A DNA stretch of 62,281 nucleotides, the filler included, from Basidiobolus ranarum (lineage: Eukaryota), in NCBI GenBank assembly GCA_040143965.1. It is 21 parts of 21 records of this genome, joined end to end, with 100 filler letters (N's around TTAATTAATTAA, not from the genome) between each part and the next. Parts side by side here need not be neighbours in the genome. Positions count along the whole stretch, not along the records: positions 11,925 to 14,802 come from JASJQH010009777.1; positions 14,903 to 17,779 come from JASJQH010009778.1; positions 17,880 to 20,755 come from JASJQH010009779.1; positions 20,856 to 23,730 come from JASJQH010009780.1; positions 23,831 to 26,704 come from JASJQH010009781.1; 16 more parts are not named here. One strand, 5' to 3'. The first letter of the stretch is position 1, and the number at the start of each line of letters is the position of its first letter. A program made the translations under genes and the position numbers. This document shows, piece by piece, positions 13,128-24,011 of this stretch. The notes under the pieces were generated by a model that was given only the letters and a program-made list of their open reading frames with translations, was not told the DNA's origin and ran no database searches.

Positions 13128-13746
13128 CCCTAACAGGAATTGGAGGATTGTTATTGTAGGAAAACTAACAAAAATTTAATCCATTTGGGATTGACCATTT
13201 ACTTACCATCATAAAATTGTCAAGTTAGATTTGATTTTAATCAATTTTTTCAGTTTCACAAGTGAAATTTCAAGATCTTGCAAAATAGTTGCACATGATT
13301 GGCTAAAATATCAGAGAACTATGGATCAACACATGTGTGAAAAATGTAACTCAAATTTTACACATTTACCACTTGAATGCTAATTTGTCATCTTTGGAAT
13401 CTCTAGTTTCTTTGATATATTCTGCTGAATATTTTTATAGAGTTCTTCATACCCAAGGTTTAGCTCATATCCAACACAAGTTTGTATCAATATCTCCATC
13501 AAAGCCCACCATTGTATTAATGTTGCTGAATCAACATTCTTCCAGCTAGCTGGTGGATATCCTGCAAAATTATGCCTCTCTGTATTAAGTTCTTCTCAGA
13601 TATCTGCACAGTCAACACCAGACTGAATGTCAAGTTGAATGTTCTTCTTCTAAAGCCACTTTCTGCATACTTGCACTGCATTTTTCCCTTCATACTTTTG
13701 AAAATACTCCTAAAGCACTTTGACTACTTTTATACATCCTTGTAGT
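13128..13746 (+). mobile_element. CACTA left terminus plus 3' end of ORF2 (minus strand)
   Basis: Starts ccctaacaggaattggagg exactly where copia homology stops. Confidence 0.8.
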
Positions 13747-14490
13747 TGTCAAAGTATTTGGGAGCCTGTTGGAAGTAGTTTAGAGAATTAGAGAAATTGG
13801 TGGTTTTTGTTAAAGTATTTGGGAGCCTGTTGGAAGTGGTTTGGAGAATTACAGGAATTGGTGGTTTTCACTTATTGATTTATTGAGTACAAAGTTGACA
13901 CTTATAGTTTTGTCATGATGTAAGCAAACTACATGCAGAATGTGTTAAGGAAGGTCCCAGGAACATGTGTGCAGAGTTTGGGGCTTTTAGCCCAAATTTG
14001 AAAAATCTATATATCTGAGAGCTTCTAAGTTGGTAAACTATTCTAAGCAAATTCCAATTGAGAATAACTGATAATATCTTAGTGAACTATAAGATAACTA
14101 AGTACTAAGCTATATATGACAATATAGGTGCTTAGGCATTGCTAATTTCATCACTCTCACTTGGCTAAATAGTCATATTAACTAATCCTAATAAAGGTCT
14201 AAATTTCTCAAATTTCTGTCTAGCTAATGGTTTAGTTAATATAACAGCAATCCTGTCATCTGTAGAACAATAAGTTAAGTCAACAAACTTATTCTCTATA
14301 GTCTCTCTAATGAAGTGATGCTTAATATCTATATGTTTGCTTCTATTATGAAACATGTGATTTTTAGCTAATTTGATACAACTTTGATTATTTTGAAATA
14401 TTGTAGTTGGTGAATTTTGAGAATAACTTAAATCTGTTAAGAGTTTTCTTAACTATATTGCTTCTTTTGTTGCTTCACTAGCAGTCATAT
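13747..14490 (-). mobile_element. Copia RNase H, PPT and 3' LTR-A (13808-14151), abutting a second LTR-A end (13747-13807)
   Basis: MFHNRSKHIDIKHHFIRE...ILTKPLARQKFEKFR; the 61-bp LTR end is duplicated. Confidence 0.85.
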
Positions 14491-14802
14491 CCCTAACAAA
14501 AATAAAATCCATTTGATCCGGATTGGATCCACCCTCCGAAATAGCAAAACCATCAGAGAACCATCACAATATCACTGGCTTGCATTCTGCCAGGGATTTT
14601 GATGGTATAATGGTGGTTTCTTGATGGTATCTTGACGGTATTCATACATGTTAAAATATTGATCCTCAAATTTGGCATGCATTATTCAATCACCAGCAAT
14701 TTTTGCAAAAATATAATTTTTGAATGGCAAATTACTGGGTTTACTGCTGTAGGAATTTGAATTAATATGCATGCCTTTATTTAGATATTTTAGGCTTTGT
14801 AT
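14491..14802 (-). mobile_element. CACTA right terminus
   Basis: ccctaacaaaaataaaatcc...gatccgg...aaccatcagagaaccatcacaat; interrupts copia RNase H; same sequence at 49876, 34605 and (reverse) 41739. Confidence 0.8.
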
Positions 14803-14902
14803 NNNNNNNNNNNNNNNNNNNNNNNNNNNNNNNNNNNNNNNNNNNNTTAATTAATTAANNNNNNNNNNNNNNNNNNNNNNNNNNNNNNNNNNNNNNNNNN
14901 NN

Positions 14903-15388
14903 ACTGCTCCAGTGGATGAGCTGAGAGAATGACTCGAGACCACGAAGAGCACCATAGACAGTTTCGGCATTGATTACAGCCTCAGAACCATCAGCGGGTA
15001 CGTCAAGGGTGTAGGACTCATCAGTATCGAGGTTCAAGGAAGTATCTTTACCGTTGACGTTGATAAGAAGACCCTTGATACGGATAGTCTTGGCTGGGCC
15101 GATGGGTTCATGAATAGGAACATTGGTGGTTGGGATAGCGTAGACTGTTTGGGTGACAGGGTGCAATAATTCACCAAATTCACCTTTGTTGAAGATGATT
15201 TTGTTGTAGCGCTTGACAGCTTTGCGCAAGATATCTTTTCCAGACTTGGCCTTGATATCGATGTCGAAACCGTTCCTGACGGTCAAGACACTCTCACCAA
15301 TTTCCATCTTCTCGGGCAAGGGCCAAACCCAAGCCATAGATGAAGCGGCAAGAAGTGATGCGGCAGCGAGAAGTTTGATAGCGACCAT
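14903..15388 (-). CDS. Secreted GH20 beta-N-acetylhexosaminidase, copy B (5' part)
   Basis: Signal peptide MVAIKLLAAASLLAASSMA followed by WVWPLP; DESYTL...AETVYGALRGLESFSQL; TATAAATA at 15458-15465. Confidence 0.92.
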
Positions 15389-16237
15389 TGGATTGTATAG
15401 TTTTCTGTTATTCTTCTAGAGAAAAGGACTTATTCTGAGATTGAGTATTGGCGATTGTATTTATAATCTCTAAAATCACTCGTCTAATACTAGAGTGGCC
15501 TAGATAGCATAGTGATACCAATGAAAAACGAGTACAGGTCAACCATATACTGTATATATTCCTCCACTTAATATAGTAAGATTATAATTACTACCATATG
15601 CAGAGTTATATTTCCTGGTTGACTTCCTTCCGTTGAATATCTTTTCCATATTTACATAAATACACTTTGAGGGTGCGGTCATGTGAAAAAGCAATATATC
15701 CTGATTGAATTTGGGCCAAATTAGAGCTGTGTGAGGATCCGCCGATGCTTACGTTCTATTAAAATATTTTTTGTTGGATGTCTGAGCTTTAGATCTCCGC
15801 ATACGAATATGGATTTCAAAAGAATGAATCTGACATTCCAGTGACGTGATACAAGTTACACCAAATTGTGTGGAGATCATCACGTTTTTGATCAATTAGG
15901 GAATACAAAATGCTTGCCATTTCATATCCATTTCCTATTCTATCCGAAACACGGGTAACAACAACATGGTCCAACGCTCAGTGAAATCACTAATATATGA
16001 AAATTACTTTTATGTCTGGAATTTTTATATTTCCATTTTGATTCAGCATTACCATTTCCTGTGAATCAAATTCCGTCGATCAAATTCTGTCGATCAAAAA
16101 TTAAAAGTGATTTTTATTCATTTAGGCTGGAATTATTAAGTTGAACTCTTGTTGATAACAAAATAATGCGTATATTGATAGGAATTTGATGTTTAAAGGA
16201 TTATTGCTATATCGAGAAGTTCAAACAATATTGATGT

Positions 16238-17779
16238 TTAACAGTTGCGAGGATGACGAGCGCACCACAAAGGCTGCATAGGCTCGGCGTCGATACCACG
16301 ATCAACCAAACGAGCTCTTTGTTCATGAATACGAGGGAATACATCACCAGTCTTGCGGTAAGTGCCATCCTCAAGCTTGATGTCGGACCACAAAACTTCA
16401 GCAACAGCGGCACCACGAGGCCACAAAGAAATATCAATGTTGATTGAATCAATTTGTTCAGCCCAAGCTGGAGCCTCACCACCAATGACAAGCTTGGCTT
16501 CTTCAGCTGTCATGTTGGCTGTGATGTCGTAGTTGTAGACCTTTTGCCAGCTCTTGTATGGATCGCACCATGAGTTGCCTTCGTTGTCACTAATCCATCC
16601 ACCATTACCACAATCGAGATACCATCTTTCCCAGCTGGAAGAAATCACGCGATGACCAGCACGGACAACCTTCAAGGCATCCTCAGCACCGAGCCAGACT
16701 TGGACAGCAACATCCTTCTGCATGGTGATGTTATGGCTGGTAAGGGCCTCTTGCCATGTGATTGGAATCTTGTTGTTGTCACGTACCCAGCCGTGGGACT
16801 TGATGACGAACTCAGAGAAGATGTCTTCCATGGTCTTGTTGTGCTTCTCAAGGTACTCGGGGTAGCCAGGGGTGACTTCCCAACACTTGAAGTTGACTTC
16901 ATCACCACCAATGTGGACAAAGTCATCATCAAACCATTGAGTAACCTCCTTAAGGAAGTTCTGGATAACCTCATCAGTCTTGGGGTTGATGATGTCCAAT
17001 TGACCACTATTGGGCTCAGCGGCATATACATCCCAATCAGGCTGCATGTTCATGCAAGTAGTGATGTCGGGCATAGCCAAACCCCAGGTGTAGGCATGTC
17101 CTGGGATATCGTATTCGGGAATAACTCGGATACCACGATCCTTAGCATAGTGAACAATATCACGGACATCGTCTTCATCATAGATCCACTTCTTGCTGTA
17201 AGCACCCTGGAGAGCGAGTTCGGGATAGGTCTTGGTCATCAAAGGGAAACTGTGTTGATCAATGATGTGCCAGTGGAGTACGTTCAACTTGTTGTAGGAC
17301 ATAGCATCCAAGGTACGCTTGATATCCTCTACTTGAAGGTAGTTACGGGAGGTATCGATCATGAGACCACGATGAGGGAAAGCTGGCTTGTCAGAAATCT
17401 TGACAGGGGCCATTGGGATGCGATGTTGCTTGACTTCGCTGCTCCAGTGGATGAGCTGAGAGAATGACTCGAGACCACGAAGAGCACCATAGACAGTTTC
17501 GGCATTGATTACAGCCTCAGAACCATCAGCGGGTACGTCAAGGGTGTACGACTCATCAGTATCGAGGTTCAAGGAAGTATCTTCACCATTGACCTTGATA
17601 AGAAGGCCCTTGATGCGGGTAGTCTTGGCTGGGCCGATAGGTTGATGAGTAGGAACATTGGTGGTTGGGATAGCGTAGACTGTTTGGGTGACAGGGTTCA
17701 ACAATTCACCGAATTCACCTTTGTTGAAGATGATTTTGTTGTAGCGCTTGACAGCTCTGCGCAAGATATCTTTTCCAGA
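16238..17779 (-). CDS. GH20 beta-N-acetylhexosaminidase, copy A (5' end cut), intronless in view
   Basis: DKPAFPHRGLMIDTSRNY, KLNVLHWHIID, IPEYDIPGH, catalytic HIGGDE, WYLDCG, GGEAPAWAE, WPRGAAVAEVLWS. Confidence 0.95.
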   Translation of the reverse strand, partial: SGKDILRRAVKRYNKIIFNKGEFGELLNPVTQTVYAIPTTNVPTHQPIGPAKTTRIKGLLIKVNGEDTSLNLDTDESYTLDVPADGSEAVINAETVYGALRGLESFSQLIHWSSEVKQHRIPMAPVKISDKPAFPHRGLMIDTSRNYLQVEDIKRTLDAMSYNKLNVLHWHIIDQHSFPLMTKTYPELALQGAYSKKWIYDEDDVRDIVHYAKDRGIRVIPEYDIPGHAYTWGLAMPDITTCMNMQPDWDVYAAEPNSGQLDIINPKTDEVIQNFLKEVTQWFDDDFVHIGGDEVNFKCWEVTPGYPEYLEKHNKTMEDIFSEFVIKSHGWVRDNNKIPITWQEALTSHNITMQKDVAVQVWLGAEDALKVVRAGHRVISSSWERWYLDCGNGGWISDNEGNSWCDPYKSWQKVYNYDITANMTAEEAKLVIGGEAPAWAEQIDSINIDISLWPRGAAVAEVLWSDIKLEDGTYRKTGDVFPRIHEQRARLVDRGIDAEPMQPLWCARHPRNC

Positions 17780-17879
17780 NNNNNNNNNNNNNNNNNNNNN
17801 NNNNNNNNNNNNNNNNNNNNNNNTTAATTAATTAANNNNNNNNNNNNNNNNNNNNNNNNNNNNNNNNNNNNNNNNNNNN

Positions 17880-19568
17880 CTACTTTGACCACTATTGAAC
17901 AACCCTCTGTAGAAAATATGGATAGAATTATTACAACCAGGGAATCACAGGGAGAACACCATAATGATTTGTATGCAATCATAAGTAAAACTATGAAGTT
18001 GCTATAAAGGCCATGACAAGCAATAACACCACAATATTGCAATTAATGCAGCGTTTGGAAGCAACAAGTCAACAGTTAGAGAGTCACTCAACAATGATAC
18101 AAGACCTTCAGAATGCTGTACTTGAGCTACAGCTACATGCTGCTCCCTCCATCCATTCTCATATGGGATTTCATTCAATCCCACACCATACATATGAATG
18201 TCACTATGACAATCTAGCAGAGCAGAATATGTGTAGGACCATTTACCTACACAATGACCCAAAATTGCTTGGGCAGATGAAAGTAGAAATATCATAGGAA
18301 AACCTGCCAACCAAAAGACTCTGAATGTCAGAGCTGCCATTGTTTGCTCTCATGATGAGTGGTTTAATATTTTGGAAACTGTGTGGAATCTTGCCCAAAA
18401 TCACCTGGATTTGAGCCAATTATGGAAAAACCAAACACCAGGCATTACTCGGAATGTTCTTGACTTATTTCACCTGGCATATCCTGAGTTTTTGCAAGCA
18501 AATGGCAATTGGGCTAGTATAGGCCTATTCTTGAAACATATCAAAGATGAATGCAATTATCAACTTGGAAAAGAAAGAAAAGCAGCTAAAGAAGCACTGA
18601 AGGAGCAGGAAGTTAGTAAACCCAAGGGAAAAGCAAAGGGGCCAGTGAGTTTAGGCTCTACTGTCCCACTTACCAACTTCTTCACACCATTACAAAGATC
18701 TGCAATTCCATAGTCAGATATACTGGCAAAAAAGCTTATTTCACCATGGAACTGGGTACACCAGTTGGAAGAGTGCTAAATTTGAAAGTTTATCCAACAC
18801 CTGGCATCTCTCAACAAGCCAAAACACTAGCAAATAAAACTCATGGCTCTCCAACCTCAACTGGTACTTTTCAAAGTGTTGAAATTAGTCCCACAGGTAA
18901 AGGCAAGCAAAAAGCTACACAAACACCACAAAGCACCCTCAGTAGTGTCACACTACAAGGACATACAAAAATAGTCAAAGTGCTTGAGGAGTATTTACAA
19001 GAGTATGAAGTGAAAAACATAGTGCAAGTATGCAGAAAGTGGCTTCAAAAGAAGAAAATTCAACTTGACATTCAGGCTGGTGTTGATCATGCAGATATCT
19101 GGGAAGAACTTAATACAGAGTGGCATAATATTGCAGGGTATCTGCCAGATAGCTGGAAGAATGTTGATTCAGTGACATTAATACAATGGTGGGCTTTGAT
19201 GGAGATATTGACACAAACTTGTGTTGGGTATGAGCCAAACCTTGGGTATCAAGAACTCTATAAAAATATTCAGGAGAATATATCAAAGAGACTAGGGATT
19301 TTGAAGATGACCAATTAGCATTCAAGTGGTAATTGTGTAAAATTTGAGTTATGTTTCTCACACATGTGTTGATCCATAGTTCTCTGAGATTTTAGCCAAT
19401 CATGTGAAACTATTTTGCAAGATCTTGAAATTTCACCCTGAAACTGAAAAATTGATTAAAATCAAATCTAACTTGACCATTGTATGACAGTAAGTAAATG
19501 GTCAATCCCAAATGGATTAAAATTATGACAGTTTTCCTACAATAACAATCCTCAAATTTCTGTCAAGG
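17880..19568 (+). mobile_element. CACTA ORF2 (decayed, stop at 19318) and left terminus in reverse
   Basis: ORF pieces 18013-18297, 18372-18713 and 18746-19318 are collinear with other copies; ends cctcaaatttctgtcaagg. Confidence 0.8.
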
Positions 19569-19569
19569 T

Positions 19570-20755
19570 TAGCAGTACAGATAATCTTAATCTTTAGACC
19601 TGTTTCAGTCTCCACCATTGCTTTGTATTTCTTGAAGGTAACAAAGGCTTCATCCTTACTGGCCAGAAAGTACACCCAGTTGTACTTTGTCTTATCATCA
19701 AGAAGGGTCATAAAATACCTTTTCCGCCTAAGAATTTTGTCTGCATTGGGCCACACAGATCTGAGTTTATCAGGCCCAATTTTTTATCAATTTTGCTCTT
19801 TCAAGAGCCCACAGATGGCTGTCTGTGTTGCCTACCATATTGGCAGCCTTCATATAGCTCCAGCTCTGGTGGAATTACAAAATTTAGTCCCAAAACCATC
19901 TTGTTTTTATTATATTTCTCATATTTGCAGCTCCTAGATGACCCAATCTCTTATGCCAGATTTTCCAGTCTATCTCTTCAGCTGTGGCAGTATTAACTTA
20001 ATGATAAATTGGCCTGATATAATGAAGTTATTCAAGTTATTTTGCTTAGCTCCAGACACTATGTAATTTCCTTTTTGATCCATAATTGTATAGCCATTTG
20101 ATCAAAATTAAAGCTATATCCCCCAGATATAGCTTTACTTACTGATAACATATTTTTTGCTATCCCAGGCACATTTAGCACATTTTTCAGTGCCAAATAC
20201 ATGTCCCCAGAGATGCCCCCAAGATGCACTTCAATTTCTCTTACTCCCAGAGCTTCTTTTGGCTGGTCATCACCATATAAACCTTCTTATTTAGGTCAGT
20301 TTTGAATGTGTGAAACCAGTTTTTTGATTGGAGAAATGTTGAGAGGCTCCCAAATCAATATACCACAACCTACAGTCTTGTTCAGAAGTCACTGATAGGG
20401 CAGAAATGAATAAGACTTCCTCTTTGGTTGAAACCTGATTTGCTTGTTCTGACTTCTCATTTTTGTTGTAATTTCTTGATTTCAATTTTGTAACTGGTGT
20501 CGTGGTTTGTTACAACCATAGCATAAACCTGGTTAGCCTTGCTACCACAAACTCCAAAGACAACTTGTCAGATCTTGCCTCCAAAGCTGTGACCAAGGTT
20601 GAATACTGTTCTGGTAGACTACTTAGATGAGTCATAATGACATCTTCTTCCTGTAAAGTTGCACCAATATTTTCCAGTTGTTTTGCCAAAGATCTCACAT
20701 TTGCAATATGAGTAACCATGCTTTCAGACTTTTCCATCTTTATATTGAAGAATTT
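19570..20755 (-). pseudogene. Ty1/copia gag-protease-integrase remnant
   Basis: LSSLPEQYSTLVTALE, WYIDLGASQH, RYFMTLLDDKTKYNWVYFLASKDEAF. Confidence 0.85.
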
Positions 20756-20855
20756 NNNNNNNNNNNNNNNNNNNNNNNNNNNNNNNNNNNNNNNNNNNNT
20801 TAATTAATTAANNNNNNNNNNNNNNNNNNNNNNNNNNNNNNNNNNNNNNNNNNNN

Positions 20856-21104
20856 CTCAAACTGGCCACAGTATATTCCCTATTCAGTATATTATGTTTC
20901 ACCTTGCAATATCTACATAAGCCCCATGTATTCCTTGATCAGACCTCAGTCTGATCAATGCCAGTTATTAATAAAGAGTCTTGCCAAAGTATCTTCCTTT
21001 TCCAGTCTTGTTTTGTCTTGTCTTGTGATATACACCCAAGTCCTCTCCTACCTTCTAGCCTCTAGTCATTGTTCCCAGTCTTTGTCCAGTTCCTTATTGT
21101 GACA
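20856..21104 (+). repeat. LTR family C, 3' end
   Basis: Matches 28790-28950 and ends ...ttgtgaca. Confidence 0.7.
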
Positions 21105-21459
21105 TTGTGTTTGTTTCCAGCAATAGTGCAAGTTAAGAGATTGTAATCCACCAATTACATAGTAAATCAATAGTTGAGTAAAGTTCATCCAAAGCACTGT
21201 CAAGACCTTCAACTTCCAAAATGGCTACTTTGCCACTATTGAAAAACCCTCCATAGAAAATTTGGATAGAATTATAATGACAAGGGAATTGCAGGCCAAA
21301 TACCATCATGATTTGTATGCAATCATAATCAAAAACTATGAAGTTGCTATACAGGCTATGACAAACAATAATGCTGCAATATTGCAATTAATGCAGTGTT
21401 TGGTAGCAACTAGTCAATAGTTAGAGAGTAACTCAACAATGATACTGAATCTTCAAAAT

Positions 21460-23487
21460 CCCTAATAGAAATTTGGGGATGGTCATTGTAGGAAAACTGC
21501 CACAATTTTAATCCATTTGAGATTGACTCTTTACTTACCATCATGAGATTGTCAAGTTAGATTTGATTTTAATCAATTTTTTCAGTTTCAAGAGTGAAAT
21601 TTCATGATCTCACAAAATAGTTGTGCATGATTGGCAACAGTCTCAGAGAACTATGCATCAACACATGTGCAAAAAACGTGACTCAGATTTTATACAATTA
21701 CCACTTGAATGCTAATTTGTCACCTTCAAAATCACTAGTCTCTTGGATGTATTCTCTTGAATATTCTTATAGAGTTCTTCATACCCAAGGTTTAGCTCAT
21801 ACCCAACAAAAGTTTATATCAATATCTCCATCAAAGCCCACCTTTGTATTAACATTGCTGAATCAACATTCATCCAGCTATCAGGTGGATACCCTGCAAT
21901 ATTATCAATAGAGGTTGGAGAGCTGTGAGTTTTATTTGCTGGTCTTTTGGCTTGTTGAGAGGTGCCAGGTATTGGATAAACTTGCAAATTTAGCACTCTT
22001 TCAACTGGTGTATCCGGTTCCATGGTGAAATTAAGCTTTTTTGCCAGTATATCTGACTTTGGAAATGCAGATCTTTGCAATGGTGTGAAGAATTTGGTGA
22101 GTGGGACAGTAGAGACTAAAGTCACTGGCTCCTTTGCTTTTCCCTTTAGTTTACTAACTTCCTGCTCCTTCAGCACTTCTTTAGCTGCTTTTCTTTCTTT
22201 TCCCAGTCAATAATTGTGTACATTCTTGACATGTTTCATGAATAAGCCTATACTAGCCCAATTGCCATTTGCTTGCAAAAACCCAGGATAAGCCACTTGA
22301 AATAAGTCAAGAACCTTGAGAGTAACACCTGGTTTTTGATATTTCCACAATTGGCTCAAATCCAGCTCATTTTAGGCAAAATTCCACACAGTTTCCGAAA
22401 TGTTAAACCACTAATCATCAGAGCAAGTGACAGCAGCTGTGACATTCAGGGTCTTTTGGTTTGCCAGTTTTCCTATGAGATTTCTACTTTATGTGCCCAA
22501 GCACTTTTGGGTTGATGTGTAGGCTTAATGGTCCAACACATATTCTGCTCTACTAGGTTGTCACGGTGACATTCATAGGTATGGTGTGGGATTGACTGAA
22601 ATCCCATATGAGAATGGACAGAGCAAGCAGCATGTTGCTGTAGCTCAAGCACAGCATTTTGTAGGTCTTGTATCATTGTTGAGTGAATCTCTAACTGTTA
22701 ATTAGTTGCTTCTGAACGTTGCATTAATTGAAATATTGTGGCATTATTGCTTGTCATGGCCTGTATAGCAACTTCATAGTTTTTGCTTATGATTGCATAC
22801 AAATCATTATGGTGTTTTGCATGCAATTCCCTTTTTGTAATAATTCTATCCATATTTTCTATGGAGGATTGTTCACATTGGCAAAGTAGCCATTTTGGAA
22901 GTTGATGGTCTTGACAGTGCTTTGGTTGAACTTTTCTCAACTATTGATTTACTAAATAATTGGGGGATTACAATCTCTTCACTTGCACTATTGTGGGAAA
23001 GGAACACAACTGGTAAACTGATTAATGATTCATCATTACTTGATTTAGTTTCCGGCATGTTACTGCCTTCCAAAGTAGATAGTTGATTGCTGGACTGCTC
23101 ATCAATTAAGTCCTCAGTTCTTGCTGGTTGTTTTCCTTTCATGCCAATAGGCTTTGGCTTGGAAGCCAATTTTGACTTAGATTTGGAACACTTTTTGAAT
23201 GGCATTGAAATATTTGGATGGCAAGCTTGGTGTAATGAAGTAGTTTAGAAACAGCTTATAATAAGCCAAATTACCATCCATTACTGGAAATATCTTGTAA
23301 ATCCCCTCATGACTCAACAGTGAAACCATCACAGTATCAGCCAATGATATTGATGGGCTATCCCTCAAATACCAACTTTATGTGGGAGGTGTTCTTTTTT
23401 CTATAATGTCATTCTCATGCCAAAACACAAAAGTTTAAAGAAGCCCTGCTATTATTGTCACAGATTCTTGAGCTATGAAAGCCGGAG
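21460..23487 (+). mobile_element. CACTA element: left terminus, internally deleted ORF2 (minus, ATG 23205), spacer, transposase start (plus, ATG 23417); nested in another ORF2 copy (21130-21459)
   Basis: ccctaataga terminus; MPFKKCSKSKSKLASK on minus; MPKHKSLKKPCYYCHRFLSYESR on plus. Confidence 0.8.
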
Positions 23488-23730
23488 TGTTGTATCCAAG
23501 AGAAAAGTGGATAAAAAGTCTGGAACCTTACTGAACCAAAGAAACAGTTAAGTGTAGAATCTTAGAACTATTGAAGCAGGATATATCAGCAGAGCAGATC
23601 TAACTAATATATGTCCTGGGAATAGCTGTGGTTTTCTATGTTAGAATAGAGAGTAGGTTTGCTAGGCAGCTAGGCCAGGGGATCCATAGATGCTAGTGGA
23701 TACTGGGGTTGGATAGAAATGAGAGGGTAT
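23488..23730 (+). repeat. LTR family E, partial
   Basis: Matches 52281 onward (tgttgt.tccaagagaaaag). Confidence 0.75.
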
Positions 23731-23831
23731 NNNNNNNNNNNNNNNNNNNNNNNNNNNNNNNNNNNNNNNNNNNNTTAATTAATTAANNNNNNNNNNNNNN
23801 NNNNNNNNNNNNNNNNNNNNNNNNNNNNNNA

Positions 23832-24011
23832 GCTGGAGCTGCTGTTGCCTGGAGAATCGATGCTGTCGAGACACCCTTCCTCACCCAACTCATCATCAAC
23901 TGGGCACTCTTCACCGTCTCCATTCCCTTCACCTTATTTGTCGCACGTGATGTCAAGGAGACCAACAACGACGGCTCTGATGAAAAGGGAGAGGCCATCG
24001 AAAGTCTCTAA
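23832..24011 (+). CDS. UNC93-like MFS membrane protein, C-terminal end
   Basis: My translation: AGAAVAWRIDAVETPFLTQLIINWALFTVSIPFTLFVARDVKETNNDGSDEKGEAIESL*. (S)AGAAVAWRxD followed by a last TM helix is typical of fungal UNC93-like proteins. Confidence 0.7.
   Translation, partial: AGAAVAWRIDAVETPFLTQLIINWALFTVSIPFTLFVARDVKETNNDGSDEKGEAIESL

Noticed and set aside
16652..17467. 271-aa plus-strand ORF
   Set aside because: Antisense shadow of the codon-biased GH20 gene.
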